Below the pieces are notes generated by a model that worked only from the letters and a program-made list of their open reading frames with translations, was not told where the DNA came from and searched no databases. A DNA stretch of 64,000 nucleotides from Candidatus Bathyarchaeota archaeon (GTDB lineage Archaea > Thermoproteota > Bathyarchaeia > Bathyarchaeales > Bathycorpusculaceae): assembly GCA_963828195.1 (NCBI GenBank), contig CAWHDT010000005.1, forward strand, positions 320,001 through 384,000, in the 5' to 3' direction. Both the position numbers and the translations under genes were made by a program. This document shows positions 10,546 through 19,787 of the stretch, in pieces; positions within the stretch are counted from its first letter, which is position 1, and each line of letters opens with the position of its first letter.

Positions 10546-10998
10546 ATGGCTAACGATGAACTCGAAGGCAACACCCTAAACGTCTACGCATACATAGTGC
10601 ACGTTGCAAAGCCAGTGGGAACCAGAGACGTCACAAGAGGCGCAGGCTTAAGCAGCACAAGCGTCGCATTCAGGCACCTGCAGAAACTTGAAGACATGGG
10701 TTTAATCGAGAAAAACAGTTATGGCGACTACATCTTAAAGGAGAAAACAAACATCAACGGGCACGTCTGGGTCGGCAAAAACCTTGTGCCGCGGTTGATG
10801 TTTTACTCCTTCTTTTTTCTTGGCGCTTTCGCAGCCGAGATAACAATTATAATGTTAAGCTTTCTAATAAAAGGTATTGCGATCCAAGTTAGTTTTCTTT
10901 TCTTAACAGGCATGACGGCGGTAGCGATGAGTCTATTCCTAATCGAAGGAATATTACTCTACAGAAAACTTAATCCAAACCATAGAAGCAACGATTAA
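10546..10998 (+). CDS. Winged-helix transcriptional regulator with two C-terminal TM helices
   Basis: GTRDVTRGAGLSSTSVAFRHLQKLEDMGLIEK wHTH followed by two hydrophobic helices. Confidence 0.85.
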   Translation: MANDELEGNTLNVYAYIVHVAKPVGTRDVTRGAGLSSTSVAFRHLQKLEDMGLIEKNSYGDYILKEKTNINGHVWVGKNLVPRLMFYSFFFLGAFAAEITIIMLSFLIKGIAIQVSFLFLTGMTAVAMSLFLIEGILLYRKLNPNHRSND

Positions 10999-11519
10999 AC
11001 TTCTGATTGTTTTTGATGATATATTCTGCTGTGAATGTACAGTGAGGCGGCTCCGGTTATTAGTGCTAATAGGCTTCCGATAAAAAGTGGGAACACAAGC
11101 AGGTTTCCGTAGGTTGCGATTTCTTGCTGCCATGGCCAAGGGTACCCTTGATTGAATAGAGGCCACGCCCCAATTACCTGGTAGGTGAATCCGAGGGCTG
11201 TCACTATTATTGCGGCGTGTTCTTTGTTGTCGGCTCTTTCGGGTTGGATGTCTCTTATGCAGTAAATAGAGAGCATCAGTGTTCCGATTAGGCTGGTTAC
11301 GAGAAGCAGGGGAATAGTGAACTTCCATTGTGGCATGAAAAAAACGAAAACTCTCAAGTTAAGATTCGGGCTGGGCAACAGGCTGTACATGCTTGGGATA
11401 ACAAACCATAAATCTGCCACTCCAAAGAAAACCAGCAGCAAACCGATTGGAAATTGGTGGCGTTTGACAAAATTGGCGACTGCGTAAAGCTGATTTGTTT
11501 GATCCAGAGTTTGATTCAC
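10995..11519 (-). CDS. Hypothetical integral membrane protein (about 4 TM)
   Basis: 174 aa with four hydrophobic segments. Confidence 0.7.
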   Translation of the reverse strand: MNQTLDQTNQLYAVANFVKRHQFPIGLLLVFFGVADLWFVIPSMYSLLPSPNLNLRVFVFFMPQWKFTIPLLLVTSLIGTLMLSIYCIRDIQPERADNKEHAAIIVTALGFTYQVIGAWPLFNQGYPWPWQQEIATYGNLLVFPLFIGSLLALITGAASLYIHSRIYHQKQSEV

Positions 11520-11549
11520 CCATACGTAATATCTATCTGAATTTGTTGG

Positions 11550-11626
11550 TGGTGGGCCCGAGGAGATTTGAACTCCTGACCAACAGATTATGAGTCTGGC
11601 GCTCTACCTAACTGAGCTACGGGCCC
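11550..11626 (-). tRNA. tRNA with CAT anticodon, most likely tRNA-Ile2 (agmatidine type)
   Basis: GGGCCCGTAGCTCAGTTAGGTAGAGCG-CCAGA-CTCATAA-TCTGT-TGGTC-AGGAGTTCAAATCTCCT-CGGGCCC-A-CCA; the GGGCCC acceptor stem is typical of archaeal tRNA-Ile rather than tRNA-Met. Confidence 0.9.
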
Positions 11627-11705
11627 ACATCGAGGTTCTGTCTAATATTGCTGTTTCAAACAACATTTAAACATTTTCCGCATTTCCACAAAGCAACTGC
11701 AAGAT

Positions 11706-12566
11706 TCACCGCTGTGTTCTTTCGTAATGAAAAAGGTATTCTTGAGCGTAACCCGCGTATTGTCCAAAGTAGCTTCTTCCGAAAGCGTTGAGTTTTTCGT
11801 ATTCACTATTAGTTAGGGAATCATTGGTTGACAGCTTTTTCACAAGAATTTCGGGAAGCAGATTTGAATAATGATTTAGAATTACACGTTTAACCCAAAC
11901 GTCCACGGGGAAAGCCTCGGTTTTTTCGAGAGAAAAAAGAAGAACGCAATCCGCCACTTTGAACCCAACGCCTGGAAACTCCACCAGCATCTTCTTGGCT
12001 TCCAGATAGGGCAGGTTTTTCAAACGTTCAAGGTCAATTTTTTCTTCAAATATTTTTTTGGCTGTTGCCTGAACATACTTTGCTCTATAGCCTAAGCCGC
12101 ATTCGCGCAATCCGTTCTCGCTTGCCAAAGCCAGCTTCTCAGGGGACGGAAAAATGTAAAAGTCTTTTTCGTCAAAAACCCGCTTTTCACCATATTTCGC
12201 CGAAATTTTGCTGAGCATCTGCTCGATTGCCGCTATGCTCTTGTAGGTTGCGCAGATGAAGCTGATGAGGCACTCCCAAGAGTCCTGCTGAACAAGCCTT
12301 AGCCCCTTAAACCTGCGTAGGGCAGCCTTAATGTAATCATCCTTGGCGATACAGCGGCTGATCTGCGCTAAATCATCATTCAAACCAAAATAGTGCCTAA
12401 CGAATTCTTCGCCAACACCGTCAAAATCCAACCTGTCACCACATTGCCGAATCTTAAAAATTTTGTCGCGACTAACCCCGTACCACCAGTCGCCGATTTT
12501 TTTACATCTAAAAACTTGCCCGCAGCAAAGAGAAAAATCCAGATCAAAAGGAACATCCAGCTTCAT
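11706..12566 (-). CDS. 8-oxoguanine DNA glycosylase/AP lyase (OGG1-like, HhH-GPD)
   Basis: CGQVFR N-domain, GLGYRAKY, PGVGFKVADCVLLFSL, AFPVDVW, GYAQEYLF. Confidence 0.9.
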   Translation of the reverse strand: MKLDVPFDLDFSLCCGQVFRCKKIGDWWYGVSRDKIFKIRQCGDRLDFDGVGEEFVRHYFGLNDDLAQISRCIAKDDYIKAALRRFKGLRLVQQDSWECLISFICATYKSIAAIEQMLSKISAKYGEKRVFDEKDFYIFPSPEKLALASENGLRECGLGYRAKYVQATAKKIFEEKIDLERLKNLPYLEAKKMLVEFPGVGFKVADCVLLFSLEKTEAFPVDVWVKRVILNHYSNLLPEILVKKLSTNDSLTNSEYEKLNAFGRSYFGQYAGYAQEYLFHYERTQR

Positions 12567-12568
12567 GC

Positions 12569-14701
12569 TTACTGCTCCATGAATTTCTCGGGTTTAGGGA
12601 TTTCGGGCGATAGGCCTTTGCGTTGACGTAAATCCGTGATGACTTGCGTGGCAAGTTTAGGCGGCAGTTTTTCCCAGTGGTCAAAAAAAGATTGCCAAAA
12701 AGCCCGCCCAGATGTGGCAGAGCGAAGTTCTTTTGAGAACCCGAAGGTTTCAGCGACGGGGATAAAGCCGCTGATGGTTGTTAGAAGTCCTTTCTGCTCA
12801 AACGCTGTGACTTTTCCACGTCGGCTGCCAAGTATTCTTGTGGATTCGCCTGTTAATTCAGATGCGACAACTATGATTATTTTGTAAATTGGCTCCAGCA
12901 AAACTGGCTGCGCCGTCAAGAAAGAACCGAAAACTGCCTTGCCTACCCCCCGCATCACCTCAACCGAGCTGAACTCCTCGCCGCTGCTCAGCTGGAAATC
13001 TACCAAGTTTACTTTCAAATGCCGCACTGGTTCGCCGCACAAGGGGCCAGCTTTGCAGGCAAACTCGAAGCCGCCGATGATCGCCTCCAGAGCCTCTTCT
13101 GAAACCTGCTGCGTTTTTCCGCCGCAGTCTAAAAGCACATTTCGATGCTCGTCAACTGAAAGGATGCCCTCTGCCGCTTCTGCCTCAGACGGTTGAGGTT
13201 GTTCTTCCTGCTCGGGCTCAACCTGCACCCAAAAACTGTTTTGTTTATTTGGGCTCTTCGCTAAAGCCACAACGCCTTTTTTCTCGACACTTTCCATGTA
13301 AACAACTCTGGGCGAAGAAACCCCCACTTCTAAGCCGCTGGAAGTTTTTAACTGGTTAATAGCGACTTCCAGATGCAACTCACCCATCCCGCTCAGCAGA
13401 TACTCGCCCGTCTGGGGGTCTGCCATCACCTTAAGATTCGGGTCTTCACTCGCCAGTTTCTCTAAGCCCTCAAGCAAAACGGGGATGTCATGGGGGTTTT
13501 TCGGTTCAACAGCCAAGGTAACAACAGGCTCAGAAACGTAGCTTATGCCTTCAAAAGGAACCATGTTGGCTTTATGTTCAAGGTCGACAAGGGTTTCGCC
13601 AGCCTTTACCTTGCCCATCAAAGTTAAAGATGCCAGGTTGCCTGCGGGAACCCAGCTTACTTCCTCTCTGAACGAACCCATATCGATGGCGGCTTGGTTC
13701 ACAACTGTTTCAGCTAAAGCATCCACCAGATGCAAGCGGTCACCTTTCTGCAGTTTGCCCGAAAACAATCTGCCAGTAGCAACGGTTCCGCCGCTTAAAT
13801 CTGAATGCATGTTGGCGACGTAGAAAACAGCTGGTCCCTCATCGCCGCATTCAAGCAACGCTTTGCCAATCGCCGATTCAACGTGTCCATCCCAAACCTT
13901 CGCAATCCTATACGCTTGTGCCTCTCTTGGGTTTGGAAGCTTCCTAATCGCCATCTCAAAAACCGCCTCGTAAACAGGCAAAGCTTCGCCCAGCTTCTTA
14001 TCGTAGCCCTTTAAGTGGGCTTCTATGATGTCTGAAAACTTTGTGCCTCTCGCCTTTGCCATGTCTAACGTGAAGCCCCAACCGTGAAGCGCTGCTCCGA
14101 AAGCCACGTTGCCTGATGATGCTTCGATTTTCCATTGGTTTTTGAATGGTTCTTCGCAGTAGAGTTCGATGAGGTCGTTGAAGCTGCTGATTATGTGGTT
14201 TAGTTTTTTTTGGATTTGCTCTTCGCCCAGATGCAGTTCAGTGATGAGGCGGTCAAGCTTGTTGATGAAGAGCACCGGTCTGACCCGTTCCTCAAGGGCT
14301 TGCCGAGTGACAATTTCGGTTTGAGCCATAATTTCCTCTACAGCATCCACGACCACGACGGCGCCGTCGATGACGCGCAGGGCTCGGGTGACTTTGCCGG
14401 TGAAATCCACGTGTCCCGGAGTATCCACGAGGTTTATGATGTAGGGGTTTTCGGCGGTTTTGTAGAGCAGGCTGATGTTGGCTGTTTTTATGGTGATTTT
14501 GCGTTTTTGCTCTTCGTCAAGATAATCAAGCACGCGGGCGGTTCCAGCCATCGCCGTTGAAAGCAAGCCTGTGCCCGCCAGAAGGGAGTCGGCAAGAGTG
14601 GTTTTGCCGTGGTCAATATGGGCGATTATGCCTATGTTTCGGATAAGCTCTTTTCTGCTCATAAGCTGTTGAATCTGCGCTATCTGCTTGAATCTCGGCA
14701 T
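12569..14701 (-). CDS. Translation elongation factor EF-2 paralogue (aEF-2p-like)
   Basis: AHIDHGKTT, RKITI, DTPGHVDF, NKLD, GMGELHLE, LRSATSGRA; the diphthamide-loop HRG motif is absent; likely start MPRFKQ at 14701. Confidence 0.9.
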   Translation of the reverse strand: MPRFKQIAQIQQLMSRKELIRNIGIIAHIDHGKTTLADSLLAGTGLLSTAMAGTARVLDYLDEEQKRKITIKTANISLLYKTAENPYIINLVDTPGHVDFTGKVTRALRVIDGAVVVVDAVEEIMAQTEIVTRQALEERVRPVLFINKLDRLITELHLGEEQIQKKLNHIISSFNDLIELYCEEPFKNQWKIEASSGNVAFGAALHGWGFTLDMAKARGTKFSDIIEAHLKGYDKKLGEALPVYEAVFEMAIRKLPNPREAQAYRIAKVWDGHVESAIGKALLECGDEGPAVFYVANMHSDLSGGTVATGRLFSGKLQKGDRLHLVDALAETVVNQAAIDMGSFREEVSWVPAGNLASLTLMGKVKAGETLVDLEHKANMVPFEGISYVSEPVVTLAVEPKNPHDIPVLLEGLEKLASEDPNLKVMADPQTGEYLLSGMGELHLEVAINQLKTSSGLEVGVSSPRVVYMESVEKKGVVALAKSPNKQNSFWVQVEPEQEEQPQPSEAEAAEGILSVDEHRNVLLDCGGKTQQVSEEALEAIIGGFEFACKAGPLCGEPVRHLKVNLVDFQLSSGEEFSSVEVMRGVGKAVFGSFLTAQPVLLEPIYKIIIVVASELTGESTRILGSRRGKVTAFEQKGLLTTISGFIPVAETFGFSKELRSATSGRAFWQSFFDHWEKLPPKLATQVITDLRQRKGLSPEIPKPEKFMEQ

Positions 14702-15031
14702 AGCTAACACACAAACAGAATCCCAAATACGTCGTCGCCCTATTAAATTTATAATTCTTTTTTTCCTTTGATGTAGCAACTTTTCTTAGTTAAATGTATT
14801 AAAATCTAGTTATGGAATTTTTGAACTAAAATTTAGTTAACGCAGTGAATCCGCTTACGTAAAATTGCAATAAAAGCAAAAATAAAATGTTTTTTGTTGT
14901 TGTATCTAGCAAACCACATAGGAATATTAACACTTTTGAGAGTCATTAATTAGCAACAGTATAGCCTGCGATATTCCAGCATGTTATGATTGTTAACTGC
15001 AGGCAGACTAGTTGGCGTGGAGAAATGATTT

Positions 15032-15154
15032 TTGAATCAAATTAAAGTTGCTGTTAAACAAACTTACGAAACTGTCGATGCAATAATATTTGAAGCAGCC
15101 TTAACGCTAAACGCGATAGAAACCAAATACAAACAAAAAGAATATGTCAGTTGA
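15032..15154 (+). CDS. Putative 40 aa small protein
   Basis: TTG start after GTGGAG; MNQIKVAVKQTYETVDAIIFEAALTLNAIETKYKQKEYVS. Confidence 0.35.
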   Translation: MNQIKVAVKQTYETVDAIIFEAALTLNAIETKYKQKEYVS

Positions 15155-15204
15155 CTTCGCCGCCAAACAGCTTTGACTTGCAACAATGAAAATTTGGTAA
15201 TGCA

Positions 15205-15402
15205 TTATTTTATTATTGTTTGCACTCTGCCGACTTTACCATCGGTAAGCCGCACTTTGATTCCGTGGGGATGAGTTGAGCTATTAGTGAGAATATCTTT
15301 CACTGTGCCCTCGGTTAATTTGCCGCTCCGTTGATCTTGCTTCAAGACGATTTTTACGCGGATGCCCGGTTTGATTTGGCTTCTTTGTTGATTAGGTTCC
15401 AC
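15205..15402 (-). CDS. YwbE/DUF2196 family protein
   Basis: IVLKQDQRSGKLTEGTVKDILTNSSTHPHGIKVRLTDGKVGRV; probable GTG start at 15402. Confidence 0.9.
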   Translation of the reverse strand: MEPNQQRSQIKPGIRVKIVLKQDQRSGKLTEGTVKDILTNSSTHPHGIKVRLTDGKVGRVQTIIK

Positions 15403-15466
15403 CCATGCTCTGGACGCTTTGCGGCTTAAGTGCATTCGCATGTAATAATCAAAAAGTGTTGGAATA

Positions 15467-15931
15467 CTACGTGAGTTCCTGCCCTATTTTTTGACCGTAC
15501 TCGTAGCACGCGGACAATTTGCCTGCGTCTACATCTTTGGATTCAAGAGTTATTCCAGGAACCATCTTCATCTTTAGCGCAACCCCAAACGCAAGCTCCA
15601 TCATTCTGACGCACTCTTTTCCATCACTGTACCCCCCGCTGGATGTGAAGCATCCACACACTTTGCCCTTAAGCGAATGCCCCTCTGAGTAGAAAGCCAG
15701 TATGGTTTCATCCATAAACCTCTTGAGCTGCCACGCAATATTGCTGTAACACGTGGGTGAACCAATAGCTAAACCATCAGCTTCAGCTAAGTCGTTTTGC
15801 GTGCAGTCAGCAGCCTTCTTCAGAACCGCATTTGCACCCGCTGCCTCAGCGCCTTTTGCAATCTGAGAAGCCATTTTCTCCGTTCTGCCCGTATCAGAAT
15901 AATAAATGATGAGAAGAGTTTTCGCCAACAC
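15467..15931 (-). CDS. Flavodoxin / WrbA-like flavoprotein
   Basis: YYSDTGRTEKMA and GSPT motifs. Confidence 0.88.
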   Translation of the reverse strand: MLAKTLLIIYYSDTGRTEKMASQIAKGAEAAGANAVLKKAADCTQNDLAEADGLAIGSPTCYSNIAWQLKRFMDETILAFYSEGHSLKGKVCGCFTSSGGYSDGKECVRMMELAFGVALKMKMVPGITLESKDVDAGKLSACYEYGQKIGQELT

Positions 15932-16041
15932 AACGCACCTCTACAAACTTAAATTCAAAGATAACAAGATAATAGCTTTTCCTCTTAGGCGCTAAATTAT
16001 TAACTTCCCCACTCAGTAATCATCCCCGGAGGAAACTTCAG

Positions 16042-16812
16042 ATGCAAAAGCCGCCGATAACAGTCCCAGTGGACCAGCTAAATCAGGAGCCCTTCGCTTC
16101 AGTCATGTGTTTCCCAAAGCCCAGCGAAGCTGAACTGCAAAGCCGCATTGAGGAACTGCGCAGCCACGGCGTCACGGCGCTTGAGTTTTCGGGGGCAGCC
16201 AGCCTCTTCGGCGTTGCGGTTCCAGTTTTAGGCAAGGGCTTCGTCGGCATCGTAGTAGTCGCGCATCTGAATGAGAAGCGGGTGGCGGTTAAAATCCGAA
16301 GGGCAGACGCAGACCGAGCCGACTTGCTTCACGAAGCTCATATGTTGTCGGTGGCGAACTCTGCTGATGTGGCTCCAAAATTGATTGCTGCAAGCAAAAA
16401 TTTCCTTCTTATGCATCTCATTGACGGCGACCTGCTTCCAAACTGGCTCAAAACAAACAAAGATAAAGCAGCGGTGAAGCTGGTTTTGGGGCAAGTTTTG
16501 GAACAGTGCTTTAGACTCGACCACGCGGGTTTGGATCATGGCGAGCTGAGCAAGGCGCCGAAACATTTGCTTGTTGACAAAGCGGGGAAGGTTTTCATTG
16601 TGGATTTTGAAACTGCCAGCATCGAGCGGAGAACGGCGAATGTCACGGCGGTTTGCCAGTACCTTTTTGCTGGAAACAGCTCTGCTTCGAAGATTTTGGC
16701 TGAAATTTTCGGGGAAAGGAACAGATTGGAAATGATCGGTGCGTTGAAGGCGTACAAGAAAAACAGAACAAGAGAGCATTTTGTGGGTTTGCTTGAGTTT
16801 TGCCTTTCTTAG
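16042..16812 (+). CDS. Atypical Ser/Thr protein kinase (RIO/Bud32-like)
   Basis: LGKGFVGIV, VAVK, HGELS, IVDFE. Confidence 0.85.
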   Translation: MQKPPITVPVDQLNQEPFASVMCFPKPSEAELQSRIEELRSHGVTALEFSGAASLFGVAVPVLGKGFVGIVVVAHLNEKRVAVKIRRADADRADLLHEAHMLSVANSADVAPKLIAASKNFLLMHLIDGDLLPNWLKTNKDKAAVKLVLGQVLEQCFRLDHAGLDHGELSKAPKHLLVDKAGKVFIVDFETASIERRTANVTAVCQYLFAGNSSASKILAEIFGERNRLEMIGALKAYKKNRTREHFVGLLEFCLS

Positions 16813-16862
16813 TAAAAAGTATTTTTAAATTTAGGACACTGCATTATTTTTGAGGGTTTCAA

Positions 16863-17096
16863 ATGAGCGTTGATGTCGGAAGAGTAATGGATGAAGTTGA
16901 GGCGAAATACGGTTTGAAGCTGCCACGCACAGTGATAACGATAGATTACGACGAGGACATTGGCGACCTCTACATACGATTCAAAAACGCTGACGTCACC
17001 GAAGGCGAACCAACAAGCGACGGGAAAACGATTGTTCATTACGACAAAAAAGGCAAAATAGCCGCGGTCGAAATTATGGATATAACAACAGTATAA
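16863..17096 (+). CDS. DUF2283 family protein (putative antitoxin)
   Basis: YDEDIGDLYIRF...IVHYDKKGKIAAVEI pattern. Confidence 0.75.
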   Translation: MSVDVGRVMDEVEAKYGLKLPRTVITIDYDEDIGDLYIRFKNADVTEGEPTSDGKTIVHYDKKGKIAAVEIMDITTV

Positions 17097-17344
17097 CCTG
17101 AAGCTCATCCAAAATGTTCTACGTTCTTCTTGCGCTTTTATGCATATACTGCAAAATCTTCAGGCAATTATTTTAAGATACCTCATTCTTCTTTTTTGGC
17201 AATAACAGCCTTAACATTAAAAGAAAGACGAAGACCGAGGATAATATCAACTTAGTTTTGTGGCTCCTTTAAGCACTGTTTTTCCTAGTGCAAACGCTTA
17301 AAACGATCTTAGTTTATACAAACGTAATAAGGGGTTTGGGAAAC

Positions 17345-18397
17345 ATGTCTGCCGTCGGCATTGATTCTGTAAAAATTGAACTGGGTAATCCGCCTAACGT
17401 TTTTGAGGGTCTATTGGGAATCGCTGTTACCTGCAAAGATGAAAACAAGTTTATTGAAACTTACAAAACTTGCATGCCTAAGGCTCTAGAGAACGCAGGG
17501 GCAAAATCTAGCCGCATAGTCCTTAAAGCATATGACATATCTAAGCTAGCACCAACACTGGAAAACAAAGTAATTATCCCTTTAATAGACTGCTTAAATG
17601 GTGAAATAGAGCGAATAGACATTTACTACACTAGATATAATGCTAACAAATTACCAACAATAACGGTATACGGCAAGGAGCAACCAACTACCAAAAATCC
17701 AGTAGAGTTTCTCCGTTTAATTTCAAACGCCTACCCTCATTATGTCAGTTACTACTACATAACCCAATATACTTCTGCAAATGTTTCGAGAATGTACCTA
17801 GATCATTTTGATTCTTGCTTGACACCCTGTTGGGAAACTTTATCGCATTTCAACGGATTAAAAATAATATACAAGGGAGGAAACTGCAATTCCTTAGTAT
17901 CTATTGCGGATATTCTTCTCAGGGTCACAATTATGGAATTAAAAGCAAAACATGAAGATTTCAGATCTGACGGATTAGCACGCATACATTCGCCCTTTTC
18001 GTGGTCCAAAAAAGTATCCGTCCATGAATTAGGCGGCAGTACCGCCATATTAAAAACCATGACACCAATAAGTAGAAGGCCGATTGACCTAACAAATTTT
18101 CTTTCAAGGCCACTAGTTTTTATTCCAGTTGAAAGTTTAGCTGGAATGCAGATTAAAGAAGAAAGAGATATGTTCGAAGAATTGCCAATTTTTGATGATT
18201 TGTCAAACTTTCTGTTCCAAACTAAAGGGAGTTTTAAGTACTTTAGACCCGATTCTGATGTTAAGATAATAAAAAATGGAGACTATTTCCTAGTTATTGG
18301 ACCAAATAGCGAAACTCTATTCAAATACCTAAAAGCTTGTGGAACCACTCTCACTAAAATTACACCTGACGAATTAAAAGAAAAAGCTTCTTCCTAA
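17345..18397 (+). CDS. Hypothetical protein, possible RNase H-like fold (DUF3800/RNase HII-like)
   Basis: N-terminal AVGIDS strand, YLD, and KGGNCNSLVSIADILL; AT-rich; ATG at 17345. Confidence 0.55.
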   Translation: MSAVGIDSVKIELGNPPNVFEGLLGIAVTCKDENKFIETYKTCMPKALENAGAKSSRIVLKAYDISKLAPTLENKVIIPLIDCLNGEIERIDIYYTRYNANKLPTITVYGKEQPTTKNPVEFLRLISNAYPHYVSYYYITQYTSANVSRMYLDHFDSCLTPCWETLSHFNGLKIIYKGGNCNSLVSIADILLRVTIMELKAKHEDFRSDGLARIHSPFSWSKKVSVHELGGSTAILKTMTPISRRPIDLTNFLSRPLVFIPVESLAGMQIKEERDMFEELPIFDDLSNFLFQTKGSFKYFRPDSDVKIIKNGDYFLVIGPNSETLFKYLKACGTTLTKITPDELKEKASS

Positions 18398-18417
18398 ATA
18401 TTCATCAATTAAGACAC

Positions 18418-18448
18418 GAAACACGCCCTTTGGTCTAAGGACATGTTC
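18418..18448 (-). ncRNA. Candidate convergent small-RNA hairpin
   Basis: Minus strand GAACAUGUCCUU-AGACCA-AAGGGCGUGUUU forms 12 bp using G-U pairs that only work on this strand; TATA-like AAAAAATATATTAG upstream (18473-18486). Confidence 0.45.
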
Positions 18449-18572
18449 AATTACCTTAAAAATCTCAACTATCTAATATATTTTTTGTATCTATCTTTCA
18501 TAAATAAAATTAATGCCTTTTAGCTTAAACTTGATGATCTCTATTTTTGTGAAAGAGACTACGACACTATAA

Positions 18573-18701
18573 ATTATTGGCAACGCAATTCCTGCAAGCG
18601 ATTGGACGATTGAACAGGTATTGAATGAATATCCCCAGTTAAAGCGTGAAGATGTCATTGCTGTTTTGAAATACGCAGCTGAAATTGTCAAAGGTAATTA
18701 G
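18573..18701 (+). pseudogene. C-terminal remnant of a DUF433 family antitoxin
   Basis: ASDWTIEQVLNEYPQLKREDVIAVLKYAAEIV* with no start codon or N-terminal half. Confidence 0.7.
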
Positions 18702-19787
18702 TTAAGCTACGACTTCCGAAAGCCTGTTTTGCGTTGCCGCTTGTTTTATCTCCGTGGCTATGCGTCTGCCCATGTACATGTTTTCGCCGTATTTCAGGTA
18801 AGCGTAGGGTGAGGTGCCGATGCCCACGTTTGTCCCCGCAACTATGCGTGCGGAAATCTCGAAGGTGAAGATTTTCAAGTCATCAGTTATGACGGTTTCA
18901 AGGCAGAATGGTCCGATGATTCCGGGCGGCGCGAGTTCTTTGGCTTTCTTGTGCACACTGTCGCCCATACGCATCATTTCAGGAAGCAAAGATTCACGGA
19001 GCACAATGGGAAAGTTGCCGACCACAGTGTACGTTGGATTAACATCAATCTCCAGCTGTTCAGCTGCGGGAATTTTGCCGATTGAATCTACTGCTGATTC
19101 GTAGCGTCTATCCATCGCGAGCAACTCGACATCGTCGTTTAAAATTGAGCTGAAGTAGCTGGGGTAAACATTCACGCCTAACGCGTACTCCTGCAGGTGA
19201 ATACCCGCTAAATCCTCTTCTTTAAGCAATCCGCGTTTCACTAATTCATCGAATTTCTTGTGGAAGGCTTTGGGTGAATTTGCAAGGAAGTATCCTCTGC
19301 CGCCTTTGGCTCCGGGCAGTTTGGCGATGACTAAACGGTCAATATCCGCCGGGGTTTTGAAAGTGGCTGGCAGGCGCAGTCCTGCTTGGCGCAGCCATTC
19401 TTCTTGGGATTTGCGGTTGGCTTCCCAATGGAGCAGCTGGCGGTTTCCAAACATAGGCACCATAAGGCTGTCGGTTAATTCTTCAGTGCTCAGGTAAGCG
19501 GTGAACGACCCATGCGGAATCAAAATGACGTTTAGGCGTCGCAGTTTCTCCTGCATCTGTTCATTCAGAAGCTCCGTGAAGTCCTTGACCAGGATTAGTT
19601 CGTCAACAAGCGGGTACTTCTTGTACATTATCGCGTCTTTTTCTTTGCAAATGCACACTGTGCGGAATCCTTCTTCTCTCGCGCCTTTGAAAATGTTTAG
19701 GGAGCTATGAGAGCCCAAGGTGCCGATGGCTAGTTTTTTCTGGTCGTATTTCGCAACTATTTTGCCGATGTCCTTGGGAGTTATCAT
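18702..19787 (-). CDS. purP: FAICAR synthetase PurP (ATP-grasp)
   Basis: GSHSSLNI, IPHGSF, GAKGGRGYF, FEISARIVAGTN. Confidence 0.92.
   Translation of the reverse strand: MITPKDIGKIVAKYDQKKLAIGTLGSHSSLNIFKGAREEGFRTVCICKEKDAIMYKKYPLVDELILVKDFTELLNEQMQEKLRRLNVILIPHGSFTAYLSTEELTDSLMVPMFGNRQLLHWEANRKSQEEWLRQAGLRLPATFKTPADIDRLVIAKLPGAKGGRGYFLANSPKAFHKKFDELVKRGLLKEEDLAGIHLQEYALGVNVYPSYFSSILNDDVELLAMDRRYESAVDSIGKIPAAEQLEIDVNPTYTVVGNFPIVLRESLLPEMMRMGDSVHKKAKELAPPGIIGPFCLETVITDDLKIFTFEISARIVAGTNVGIGTSPYAYLKYGENMYMGRRIATEIKQAATQNRLSEVVA

Noticed and set aside
14702-14779. N-terminal extension of the EF-2 paralogue
   Set aside because: Covers the TATA region; MPRFK at 14701 fits typical archaeal EF-2 N-termini.
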